A DNA stretch of 64,000 nucleotides, from NCBI GenBank assembly GCA_019240755.1, contig JAFAXS010000133.1:201-64200 (forward strand). The letters run 5' to 3'. Source of the DNA: Vulcanimicrobiota bacterium (GTDB lineage Bacteria; Vulcanimicrobiota; Vulcanimicrobiia; Vulcanimicrobiales; Vulcanimicrobiaceae). The notes beneath the pieces were generated by a model. It was not told where the DNA came from. It did no database searches and saw nothing but the letters and a program-made list of their open reading frames with translations. The translations under genes were made by a program, and so were the position numbers. Shown piece after piece: positions 1 to 16,481 of the stretch (position 1 is its first letter; every line of letters starts with the position of its first letter).

Positions 1-8
1 GGCGCGTT

Positions 9-44
9 AAAAAGAAAGGGACGGCGCCACCGCCGTCCCCTTTT
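9..44 (-). terminator. Rho-independent terminator hairpin (possibly bidirectional)
   Basis: Stem GGGACGGCG (18-26) pairs with CGCCGTCCC (31-39), loop CCAC. On the minus strand it is followed by TTTCTTTTT (complement of 9-17). On the plus strand 4 T follow. Confidence 0.6.
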
Positions 45-287
45 ACATACCGGGTAAGTCCGTCGTAACCGAGCCCTTCTTCGCCGGATGGAAGTCGCCG
101 TCAACGCCAAGATGGACATGAACATCGCCGCTTCTGAACCAGCAACCTCCGCGCTCTGCCAGTTCTGGTGGTTTCGTCACCTCTTAAATCCGAGCGCGCC
201 GACGTAGAACTCACGCGCGCGGTCTTCTTCGCCGCACGGCATGGCGAGCTGTACGCGATCGAGGCGCACAAGGGGCGCTACTCGTGA
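43..287 (-). pseudogene. Decayed VOC/glyoxalase-family gene (frameshifted and C-terminally short)
   Basis: Two minus-strand frames read as one VOC protein. The first is ..LDRVQLAMPCGEEDRAREFYVGALGFK (ORF 177..362). After a 1-nt frame change near 177-185 comes VTKPPELAERGGCWFRSGDVHVHLGVDGDFHPAKK.., ending at TAA 43-45. The total is only about 80 aa versus about 120-130 expected. Confidence 0.45.
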
Positions 288-1141
288 CACACCGCTTCGA
301 TTCGATAGCCGTCTAGATCTCGGACGAACGCCGCATAGTACCGTTTGCCGTACTCGAGGCACAGTTCGGGGGGACCATCGTCTAACGCACCCTGTGCGAT
401 CGCAGCGTCATAGAAAGTATGCACGGCAGCTCGGTCCGACGCGACAAATGCAATATGACAGCGTTCGTCCGCTACCGGAATCGGGGCGGGTGCCTGCCTT
501 ATAGCAAAGGACTCGTCAATACCCGAGCGCGCGTAGCCCGCGGCATCTACCGTCGTCCAAATCCGGCAGTAGCCAACTCCGGAAAGGGCAGAGTCATAGA
601 ACGCGATGGATCGAGAGAGGTTGGAAACGCCGAACGACGCGTGGTCAAGCATCGGCGAGACCTGTTCGGGCGTGGAGGGATTCCTTTCGACCTTGTTGGC
701 CAGATCGCCACTACGGAAATATGATTGATCGCGAGCAATTACCATATCTGGAACGAACTTGACGAGTACGTCTTGCTGCTCTACAACATTTGCTCTAAAC
801 CATGAATTCCAAGTCGCTTCACTTCCTAGATACCGGGTTACCAGCCGAGCGCGACGATCGATCACCATTGGTAGCACGGTCGCTACGCCCCGCATCCCAA
901 GATGCTGTAAGAACCCGCGCTTCAAATCAAAGTCCACTATGCCAACCGCCGCGCGTTCATCCTTCAGGAGCCGTCTAGCAAAACTGCTTTTAGAAGTTGC
1001 GATTATCCAAAGCGCTTCGTCCTCCCACGAGAACCAAACTGGCGTCTCGCAAGGTCCGGCATCGCTAAGCGTTGTCAAGTGAGCAAAGAGCGGTCGGTTG
1101 AGAAATTCTTCGATATCGAAATCTTGTTCAATGATATCCAT
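278..1141 (-). CDS. Fusion protein: PPOX-class (pyridoxamine 5'-phosphate oxidase-like) domain plus VOC/glyoxalase domain
   Basis: N-terminal half (..PLFAHLTTLSDAGPCETPVWFSWEDEALWII..) looks like the PNPOx-like split barrel. C-terminal half (MLDHASFGVSNLSRSIAFYDS..HIAFVASD..AAFVRDLDGYRIEAV) is VOC-like. It is a single ORF. Start trimmed to ATG 1141, preceded by ACGGAAGG. Confidence 0.7.
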   Translation of the reverse strand: MDIIEQDFDIEEFLNRPLFAHLTTLSDAGPCETPVWFSWEDEALWIIATSKSSFARRLLKDERAAVGIVDFDLKRGFLQHLGMRGVATVLPMVIDRRARLVTRYLGSEATWNSWFRANVVEQQDVLVKFVPDMVIARDQSYFRSGDLANKVERNPSTPEQVSPMLDHASFGVSNLSRSIAFYDSALSGVGYCRIWTTVDAAGYARSGIDESFAIRQAPAPIPVADERCHIAFVASDRAAVHTFYDAAIAQGALDDGPPELCLEYGKRYYAAFVRDLDGYRIEAVCHE

Positions 1142-1549
1142 GGCGCCTTCCGTCTGCAACTGATCGTAACGCTACAATATGGCATGCGACATGTTCTCCC
1201 GGCTCGTTATAACCGTCCTTTTCGGGGTAGATATTCAACTCCGTCACAGGTTTAGCCACACAGAATGTTCCCCGTGCCGGCGCTGCTACGGCCGATCAAC
1301 ATAACGTCGCGTTTACAGCGTCACGCCGCAGCGGTTTACGCCGATCTGCCTATGACTGGAGGTGCCTTCGGCGACAACCGGAAGCTAGCTACAAATGAGC
1401 GATCGGGCGCGCAGGTTGTGGCGAATCGCGGCCGTCTTGGGGCCGGACGGTCCCAGCGTCGCCAACAAAGCAACCGTCACAAGCGAATTCATCCGATGTG
1501 GATAGTCTTCGCGCCATCGTGTACGGGTGTTCGCGTTTTCGAATCCCGA

Positions 1550-2404
1550 TTAGTCGCTGCGAACTCCGACGCCGCGCTGCAGGTCCCGCAGGCTCCAAAG
1601 TCCGTACTGCGTGTTTCCGTAGCGATCGAGCACGAGCGCGAGCATACGAATCGCACGATCTCGCGACGCCGTGCCCGGCAATAGCTCGTAGAGCGTCGCG
1701 ATTTGCCAAGCGCAGCGTTGTTCCCCATCAGCGGTTAGTGAGGGCCCAAGGCTTCGATAGAGCCCTTCGAGCACAGCGGTCGCACCGAAGGCCGCAACGG
1801 GCAAAATGCGACCGGCCTGAAGCCGTGTTCCTACCTCTTGAATCGCGTCTAACAACGCTTGTGCGTCCTTCGGATCACGAATCCAAATTTGTCCGACGAG
1901 CAGCGGTTGCTGCGTGGGCTCGCGTCCCGCCCAGAGCGGCCACGCGCGTACGCCGACACCGCGCGTTAGGTCCACTGCAGCGCTGCGCCCAACGATCGTT
2001 TGGGCGTAACGCTGGGAAATGAGAGCAAGGAAGGTGTATGCTTGCGCTTGCGCGGCTAATCCAGGAAGCTCTTCGTAGAGCGTCGCGAGTTCCCACGCCA
2101 CGCGCGGCAACCATCGATCGTTCGGATAACGGTTGGCCCAGTCGAAGTATGCGTCGGCGATCGAATCAGCTTCATTTTCGATTGCGTCGGGATGACGGCG
2201 GCGGTACTGCAGCTCGGTTTTTAGCGCGAAGACCTGATGGTGGATGCGAACGACGCTTAGTTTCTGATGGCCAAAATACTCGTCGGCCGGAGCAAGCAAC
2301 GAGATATTGTTTTGCGGAGGCAGTGAAGCCGCGTGGACGGCTTGCAAGAGCGTGATCGCCGTAAGGACTGCGGTAACCCAGACGAACCGCGGCATCGTTC
2401 GCAC
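1550..2404 (-). CDS. Secreted hypothetical protein with an internal tandem domain duplication
   Basis: Signal peptide MRTMPRFVWVTAVLTAITLLQAVHA. Two about 60-aa repeats each contain (E/Q)(L/I)ATLYE.LPG ... L.RGVGVR. Confidence 0.6.
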   Translation of the reverse strand: MRTMPRFVWVTAVLTAITLLQAVHAASLPPQNNISLLAPADEYFGHQKLSVVRIHHQVFALKTELQYRRRHPDAIENEADSIADAYFDWANRYPNDRWLPRVAWELATLYEELPGLAAQAQAYTFLALISQRYAQTIVGRSAAVDLTRGVGVRAWPLWAGREPTQQPLLVGQIWIRDPKDAQALLDAIQEVGTRLQAGRILPVAAFGATAVLEGLYRSLGPSLTADGEQRCAWQIATLYELLPGTASRDRAIRMLALVLDRYGNTQYGLWSLRDLQRGVGVRSD

Positions 2405-2480
2405 TGGGAAAGTTCACTTCTGCGGCTGCCGCAAAATCTCTTCTTTTGCAAGAGTAGTCCGCCGGCTCGGCCCGAGTTTG

Positions 2481-2497
2481 TTGGTAGCGCCAACGGG
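2481..2497 (-). repeat. Duplicated 3' end of tRNA-Glu (att-like direct repeat)
   Basis: TGGTAGCGCCAACGGG (2482-2497) is identical to 2967-2982, the T-arm/acceptor/CCA end of the tRNA-Glu gene. Flanking GAGTTT is also shared. Confidence 0.6.
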
Positions 2498-2498
2498 C

Positions 2499-2881
2499 CT
2501 GACGGGAACTACCGACAAGTATCGAAGGACGACGATCCGCGGCAGAAGCTTCGGCGGATGGTGGAGCATTCAGTGTCGGTCAAAAGCCGATCGGCAAAGC
2601 TCCTGGAAGCCATCCGCAGTGCCTCCGGCGAAAAGGACGTGCGCGCGCTGTGGAACGAGGTCGATACTAAGATGCATCAAGTTGCCGAACACTTCGTCAA
2701 GCAACTTTCATGTGCCGGCGCTCTTCGGAGCGACTTGACGATTGGTGAAGCAGCGGATGCGCTATGGGCGCTCAATCATCCTACTCTCTGGCAGCTGCTT
2801 GTGGTCCAGCAAAATTGGCCGGTGACTGCGTACGCCGCTTGGCTCGAGCGCGCCCTCACAGCCGAACTGCTTTGCGACTAA
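2499..2881 (+). pseudogene. TetR-family regulator fragment (middle and C-terminal ligand domain only, no HTH)
   Basis: ..DPRQKLRRMVEH..ALWNEV..AGALRSDLTIGEAADALWALNHPTLWQLLVVQQNWPVTAYAAWLERALTAELL resembles TetR C-terminal domains. No helix-turn-helix is encoded upstream. Homology stops at the tRNA-fragment repeat. Confidence 0.45.
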
Positions 2882-2966
2882 CGCTCTACGCCAAAGCAGG
2901 ACCACTCGTTCGCGCGTGACAGCCGCGCGTCTTATTCGATAACTTAACGCTTATACACTGAGTTTC

Positions 2967-3041
2967 TGGTAGCGCCAACGGGAATCGAACCCGTCTTTCC
3001 GCCTTGAAAGGGCGATGTCCTAACCGATAGACGATGGCGCC
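2967..3041 (-). tRNA. tRNA-Glu (anticodon UUC), CCA encoded
   Basis: Hand-folded cloverleaf: acceptor GGCGCCA/TGGCGCT, D arm GTCT..GGAC, anticodon stem TCGCC/GGCGG with loop CTTTCAA, T arm ACGGG-TTCGATT-CCCGT, discriminator A plus CCA. Confidence 0.9.
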
Positions 3042-3165
3042 TCGATGAAAGATGCTCTCATCGGCGCTTCGTGCCGTCAAGTACGTTCGCCTGGACGGCG
3101 CCCGTAGGGGAGCGATTGAGCCGCTGCCCGCGGAGCTCGCAGCGATTCTGGGTAGAAACGGGGCC

Positions 3166-3723
3166 ATGACGACGACCAGCCCGACCATCTACTATATCAT
3201 CGGTGCGATCGTTCTCGTCGCGATCATCGTTGCGGTCGTGGTTAGCGCTCGCAAACAACGGTCGGCGCGCCTGCAACGCCGGTTCGGGCCCGAATACGAG
3301 CGCACGGCTCGCCAGTACGGCGATCGCGCCCGAGCGGAGCAGGAGCTTGCCGATCGCGAAGCGCGCGTTCGAAAGTTTCGCCTAGAAGAGTTACCGGCCG
3401 GCGCCCGCGAGCGTTATAGCGATGAATGGCTGCAGGTCCAGCAACGATTCGTCGATGAACCCAAAGCCGCTCTCGCGAAGGCCGACGCGCTACTGACGAA
3501 CGTGATGCGCGATCGGGGTTATCCGATCGTTAACTTCGAGCAGCGCGCGGCCGATCTGTCGCCGGATCACGCGACGGTGGTACAAGACTATCGCGCGGCG
3601 CACGAGATTTCGCTTCGGAGTGAAACTGGCGACGTGACGACGGAAGAACTTCGGCAAGCGATGCTCCACTATCGCACCCTATTCGCCGATTTAGTCGGCA
3701 ACGACGAGGTAAGGAAACAATGA
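3166..3723 (+). CDS. Membrane-anchored hypothetical protein (N-terminal TM helix, helical cytoplasmic or extracytoplasmic domain)
   Basis: ATG 3166. TM segment IYYIIGAIVLVAIIVAVVVSA. The C-terminal domain carries W..VQ.RFVDEP...A.. and TTEELRQAM..YR.LF motifs shared with the next gene. Confidence 0.7.
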   Translation: MTTTSPTIYYIIGAIVLVAIIVAVVVSARKQRSARLQRRFGPEYERTARQYGDRARAEQELADREARVRKFRLEELPAGARERYSDEWLQVQQRFVDEPKAALAKADALLTNVMRDRGYPIVNFEQRAADLSPDHATVVQDYRAAHEISLRSETGDVTTEELRQAMLHYRTLFADLVGNDEVRKQ

Positions 3724-4028
3724 ACATGGAGACGCGCGACGATCGCGGGACAGCATTTCTTCCTCCGGAGCGAATGACCGAACTGCGACAACGCTGGAGC
3801 GATATTCAGGCGCAATTCGTCGACGATCCACGCGCATCGGTAAACGACGCTCATGAAATGGTGGCGCAGATCGTCAACGAACTTACGGAAACGTTTACGC
3901 GCGAGCGCACCGGCCTCGAAAATCAATGGAACCGCGACGAGGCGCCCGATACGGAGGAGCTTCGCATCGCGCTGCAACGCTATCGCTCGTTCTTCAATCG
4001 CCTGTTGGGCCCAGCAGAAAACGCATAA
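3720..4028 (+). CDS. Soluble paralogue of the C-terminal domain of the preceding gene
   Basis: ATGA start/stop overlap at 3720-3723. Motifs RQRWSDIQAQFVDDP and DTEELRIALQRYRSFF parallel those of 3166..3723. Confidence 0.65.
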   Translation: MNMETRDDRGTAFLPPERMTELRQRWSDIQAQFVDDPRASVNDAHEMVAQIVNELTETFTRERTGLENQWNRDEAPDTEELRIALQRYRSFFNRLLGPAENA

Positions 4029-4066
4029 CTACTAACGTCGTCACACGGCGACATTCGCCACGCGCA

Positions 4067-5041
4067 CTACCAGGAAATAACGATTTTACCGTCGCCCGGC
4101 GGCGCGCCGCCTTGAATGTGCTTCACGTGGCCGGCGTGCTTCTCAACGAACGACGATCCGCCGCCGCCGCCGCCGCCGGAGCCGTCGGTGAAGCTGGGAC
4201 CGAAATACGACCAAGCGCCGGAGCCGCCGCCGCCGCCGCCGTACCATCCTCCGCCACCACCGCCCCCAGCGCCACCAATGGTGCTCCCGCCTAAACTAGG
4301 CTGACCGCCGAAATGGAATTTACCGGGACGTCCGGCCCCACCGGGACCTTGTCCGCACTCTCGGCACGGCGCCGACGTGCGCTGCGCGTCGTGACCACAC
4401 GAATTTTGCCAACAGCCGCCCGCGCCGCCGGAACCGCCGGCGGTCTGCGTACCGCCGCCACCGCCGCCGCCATCGCCGTAGAAACCGCCCCAGCCGCCTG
4501 CGGCCCCGGTGGTGCCTCCGCCCGCGCCGCCATTACCGGGGCCTCCCGAGTTCAGTGACACGGAGCCCCCGCCACCGCCGCCGCCGGCCACAACGACCCG
4601 ATCCTTCAGATTGCTGCCGCCCTGGCGCACGTCGGACTCGCCGCCGCCGTTGAAATAGCCGAAGCTACTGCCCTTCCCGCGTGCTCCACCGTTCCAACCG
4701 TTGTGTCCGCCGACGTAGACGTACAGCGTCTCCGACGGCGTCACGGCAATCGTCGCGCGCACGAAGCCGCCGTTTCCGCCAATGCCCGAACCGTAACAGT
4801 ACGTGCTGTTCGTGGTCACGCAGCTGGCGCCGCTTGCACCCTCGGCGACAACCATCACCTTCGTAATGCCGGCGGGCACTTCCAAGGTTTGAGCGGCTCC
4901 CGTGAAGTGGAAGACGTGCTTATGCGCCGGCGGATGTATGCTCTGCGGCACGCCGGCCACGCGGGGTGCCGAGAGGTACCCTCCGCCGCAGCCCGTCATT
5001 AGCACCACGAAACTCGCGCCGGCCAAAATCCTCAGCAACAT
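4067..5041 (-). CDS. Glycine-rich-domain lipoprotein (bacterial homologue of the Gly_rich / ALK-LTK GRD-type domain)
   Basis: ATG 5041 preceded by GGAGGA. Lipobox LMTGC. Pattern FHFTGAAQTLEVPAGITKVMVVAEGASG..TLYVYVGG..GG.SDVR...L.DRVVVAGGGGGGG, plus four runs of 6-7 Gly. Confidence 0.8.
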   Translation of the reverse strand: MLLRILAGASFVVLMTGCGGGYLSAPRVAGVPQSIHPPAHKHVFHFTGAAQTLEVPAGITKVMVVAEGASGASCVTTNSTYCYGSGIGGNGGFVRATIAVTPSETLYVYVGGHNGWNGGARGKGSSFGYFNGGGESDVRQGGSNLKDRVVVAGGGGGGGSVSLNSGGPGNGGAGGGTTGAAGGWGGFYGDGGGGGGGTQTAGGSGGAGGCWQNSCGHDAQRTSAPCRECGQGPGGAGRPGKFHFGGQPSLGGSTIGGAGGGGGGGWYGGGGGGSGAWSYFGPSFTDGSGGGGGGGSSFVEKHAGHVKHIQGGAPPGDGKIVISW

Positions 5042-5148
5042 GGGGTCCTCCGAACCGACAAAACGTCGAGCGTAGGGAACAACCGGAGCGTGGTGGGTAC
5101 TTTGACGCGAGACTTGCGAACGCCCACCTGCGGCGCGCCGTTTGGTAG

Positions 5149-5220
5149 TGGGCCTGGTAGGATTCGAACCTACGCGCAACCAGTTATGAGCCGGCCGCTC
5201 TACCGCTGAGCTACAGGCCC
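5149..5220 (-). tRNA. tRNA with CAU anticodon (elongator Met, or Ile2 if lysidine-modified); CCA not encoded
   Basis: Acceptor GGGCCTG/CAGGCCC, D arm GCTC-AGCGGTA-GAGC, anticodon stem GCCGG/CTGGT with loop CTCATAA, T arm GTAGG-TTCGAAT-CCTAC, discriminator A. It lacks the three G-C pairs of initiator tRNA. Confidence 0.85.
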
Positions 5221-6293
5221 CTGCAGAACGCTTCGTAATCGCGTTCGACTTGCTTGGCGTAGACGCTTGCAAACTGCGCCATCGCGTTCTCGTAAACGTC
5301 TCCCGCACCGAGATATGCCGCAATCGCCTGCGGATTGCCGGTGCGCGCGTGCGCGCGCGCCAGCACGGCGCCGCAGCGCCCGGCAAAATCGACGAGCTGC
5401 GGCGCGTCGATCCGTTCCACGTCGAGGCCGGACTTTGCGTCCCGCAGTTGACGCACGTAAAAATCGCGCTCGCCTTCGCTCGTCCATCCCACGAAGAGAT
5501 CCGTCGCCGCCTGCATCAGACGCTGACCGGCGATCGCGCGCTGGCCGTGATTCGCAAACAGCGATGGATGCAGGTACCGCTCCAGCACCGATGCCTGCGC
5601 CTGTTTGATCTGGAGGTAGAGACTCTCGCCCTCGCGAGCTTCGAAGTGCGCGACGACGGTAAGCAAACCGACGCTGCCGACGCCGACGGGATGCTCGAAA
5701 AAATCCATGGGCTGGTAGCGGTCGAGCAATATTCTCACGTGTGGTAACAGCGTCTCGCGGTACTTGTGGATCGTATTGCGGGCGACGTCCTCGTGCTCTT
5801 GCGTCGGCTTAACATGCGTCGCGTACTGCGGCGGCGTGAGCTCGCGCGCGAGCATACCGCGGACGTCCACGCGCGAATACCAAATCTGGAGCGGCGAATA
5901 CGCGGCCAGCTCGCGCATGTGCGTGCGATAGCTCGCGACCGCCTGATACGCCGCCTCTTCGCCGACGCGCTTGCCGAAGGAGCGCGCCGATGCGGCCAGC
6001 GGCGCGCTCGCGCACAGACGGGCGACGTCCCATTCCCACGGGCCGGGCAACGTTTCGTCAAAATCGTTGATGTCGAACGTCAGATTGCGTTCTGGCGTCG
6101 CGTATCCGCCGAAGTTCAGCAGATGCGCGTCTCCGCCGAGTTGCACGCGCAAACCGGTGACGGGCCAACTCGCGAGATCCGCGGCCATCAGCGCGGCGCC
6201 GCCGCGATAGAAGGCGAACGGATTAGCGCTCATGCGACGATGGCGCTCGGGCAACAGCTCGGGAATTCGTCCGGTCTCCGTTTCGTGCAGCAA
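5211..6293 (-). CDS. DUF2252-family protein
   Basis: ..MSANPFAFYRGGAALMAADL..LGGDAHLLNFGGY.. is characteristic of DUF2252. TTG start as given by the track. The 3' end overlaps the tRNA 5' end by about 10 nt. Confidence 0.7.
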   Translation of the reverse strand: MLHETETGRIPELLPERHRRMSANPFAFYRGGAALMAADLASWPVTGLRVQLGGDAHLLNFGGYATPERNLTFDINDFDETLPGPWEWDVARLCASAPLAASARSFGKRVGEEAAYQAVASYRTHMRELAAYSPLQIWYSRVDVRGMLARELTPPQYATHVKPTQEHEDVARNTIHKYRETLLPHVRILLDRYQPMDFFEHPVGVGSVGLLTVVAHFEAREGESLYLQIKQAQASVLERYLHPSLFANHGQRAIAGQRLMQAATDLFVGWTSEGERDFYVRQLRDAKSGLDVERIDAPQLVDFAGRCGAVLARAHARTGNPQAIAAYLGAGDVYENAMAQFASVYAKQVERDYEAFCRGL

Positions 6294-6388
6294 GGCGACG
6301 GGGTCGAAACGATCCCGCGCCGGCTTCCAGCCCGCGAGCGTGCTGCGAGGTGCGGTCTTTCGAAGATTCTTCGACGCGTCCGGCGTCC

Positions 6389-8142
<1,754 letters not shown>

Positions 8143-8150
<8 letters not shown>

Positions 8151-8961
8151 AGAAGCGCGCAATACGCCGGGGCGCGGTGTAACTCCGCTGCCGGAGGCGG
8201 GTCCCTACGAGTCGGTCGCGCAGGAGCTGCGGGATTCGCCGTTTGCAGCAATCCGCTATCTCGAAGAAACAACCAGCACGAACGACGACGCCGCGGCTCT
8301 ATTGCCCGACGAGCGTTATGGCGGGCTCACGATCGTTGCAGAATATCAGCGACGCGGCGCCGGGCGGAAGCGGCGGCGCTGGAATGCACCGGCGGGATCG
8401 GCATTGCTCTGCACGACCATTCTGCCACGATCCTTCGCCGCCGACCGGCTGTGGCTCGCACCGTACTGGGCGGCGCTCGCCGTGCGCGGCGCGCTTGCCG
8501 AGTGCGGCATCCATACGCTGCTGCAGTGGCCCAACGACGTGTTGTTGTCGGAACGGAAGCTCGCGGGAATACTCTGCATTTCGAGCATTGCAGGCGCCGC
8601 CGCGCGCGTTGCCTGCGGCGCCGGCATCAATGTCCATCGCTTCACCGGCGCGCCGGAGCTCATTGCGCCGCCGCCCGCATTTTGTGACGATGCCGCGGCG
8701 GTCGAACGGGGCACGTTGCTGCGCACGCTGTTGCGGCGGTACGAAACGTCACTAGGGACGCTGGACAATCCCGACGCTATCGTCGGGCTTTGGGATGAAG
8801 CCGCTCAGCTTCCCGGCCGGCGCTACCGCATCGCGCCCGATACCGGTGCAGCGTTTGAGGCCACGGCGCTCGGGCTGGCGCCGGGCGGCGGCCTGCGCGT
8901 GCGGCGGGCGGGACGAGCACCCGAGGTAGTGTCGCTCGCCGACGTTCGAGTCGAACGTTAA
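8143..8961 (+). CDS. birA: Biotin-[acetyl-CoA-carboxylase] ligase (class I, no HTH)
   Basis: ETTSTNDD.., biotin-binding loop QRRGAGRKRRRWNAPAGSAL, LQWPNDVLL. No ATG/GTG/TTG lies downstream of ATG 8143, so the start is 8143 or earlier. Confidence 0.8.
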
Positions 8962-9500
8962 CGGGGGTCGGCGCGCCGCGTGAGGCGCCGGTCGCAGCCC
9001 TCGCAGAAGTGCGGCATCTTGTTGTCGGTTTCGAAGATCGAGTTGGAGTAATACATCGCGCAGCGCGCGTTATAGCAGTGGCGCAAGCCGAAAACGTGGC
9101 CGAGCTCGTGGGCGCACTCCTTGAGGGTGCGCTGAAAGACGAGGTTCCCGTCCGCCGGCTCGCCGTAGAATTCGGGTCGCAGCCGGTAGATCGAGACGAT
9201 CGCGACTCGCTGCGCCTCGTCGGCGTCGCCGAAGATAAAACGGTGTGACGTTTTGTAAAGATCGAAGGCAGTGATGGCGAGCAGGTTCGCGTCTCCGGAC
9301 TCCGGGTAGGCGCGCCGCACTCGCGCCGTCAGCGTCGAAGCAAAGAGCTGCCCGCGGGCGGCGTTGAGAGCGCTACGGGGCACGGCTAACGAACGTTCGA
9401 TCCGCGCGCGCGCCAAAAACGACTCTTCGAGACACGCGGCAAGCCGCTCCAAGAACGTCGCATCGACCGCGTTCACCGGCACGATGCCAATCTGGCTCAT
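8958..9500 (-). CDS. Archaemetzincin-like zinc peptidase (M54 family)
   Basis: HELGHVFGLRHC zinc motif followed by Cys-rich CYNARCAMY..HFCEGCDRRL. Start trimmed to ATG 9500 (MSQIGIVPV..). Confidence 0.75.
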   Translation of the reverse strand: MSQIGIVPVNAVDATFLERLAACLEESFLARARIERSLAVPRSALNAARGQLFASTLTARVRRAYPESGDANLLAITAFDLYKTSHRFIFGDADEAQRVAIVSIYRLRPEFYGEPADGNLVFQRTLKECAHELGHVFGLRHCYNARCAMYYSNSIFETDNKMPHFCEGCDRRLTRRADPR

Positions 9501-9598
9501 CTCGTCGCGGAATCTTCGCCAATCATCGCGCAATACTTTCAGAACATGCCGGCTCGCGCGCAAGATGCGCCGGCGGCGGATGCGTCGAAACGGTCGCG

Positions 9599-9957
9599 GT
9601 GATCGTTGGAGTGGGCATCGACATCGCCGAGGTGGCGCGCTATCGCTTTGATGAGCGCGCCCTCGAATGGTTCGCGCGCAAGGTTTATACCGACGAAGAG
9701 ATGGCCTACGCGCTGCGAAAGCGCAACTGGCACGAGCGATTGGCCGGATTCTTCGCGGCAAAAGAGGCCACGCGCAAGGCGTTTGGACACGCGATTCCCT
9801 GGCGGAACGTCGGCGTGACGCATCAGTCCAGCGGGCGACCGACGATCGAACTGCTTGCCGGGGCGGCACGTCTGCCTGCGTTGCGCGGCGTGCGCGGCAT
9901 TCACTTGACCATCACGCACACGGCGCAGGCGGCGGCAGCGGTCGTCATACTCGAAGG

Positions 9958-9961
<4 letters not shown>
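9599..9961 (+). CDS. acpS: Holo-[acyl-carrier-protein] synthase
   Basis: GTG start. (M)IVGVGIDIAEVARY.. and the overall 120-aa length are typical of AcpS. Confidence 0.9.
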
Positions 9962-16468
<6,507 letters not shown>

Positions 16469-16481
16469 GATGCGGTCCGCC

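Noticed and set aside
1142-1549. The about 400-bp non-coding gap upstream of the PPOX-VOC gene as a possible riboswitch or sRNA.
   Set aside because: I could not find long-range pairing, a terminator or any riboswitch core sequence by eye. The ORFs in it are short or overlap real genes. It is left unannotated, and cmscan would settle it.
4100-4700. A highly repetitive GCC/GGC-rich stretch and a poly-proline ORF (4116..4304 +) that could suggest a repeat array.
   Set aside because: It is the coding low-complexity of the glycine-rich lipoprotein on the minus strand. There is no spacer-repeat periodicity, so it is not a CRISPR array or a satellite.
5211-5221. The overlap of the DUF2252 stop region with the 5' end of the CAU tRNA, as a possible sign of a mis-called tRNA.
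   Set aside because: The cloverleaf is canonical with a perfect 7-bp acceptor stem. The 10-nt overlap involves only the last three codons of the CDS and is tolerable.
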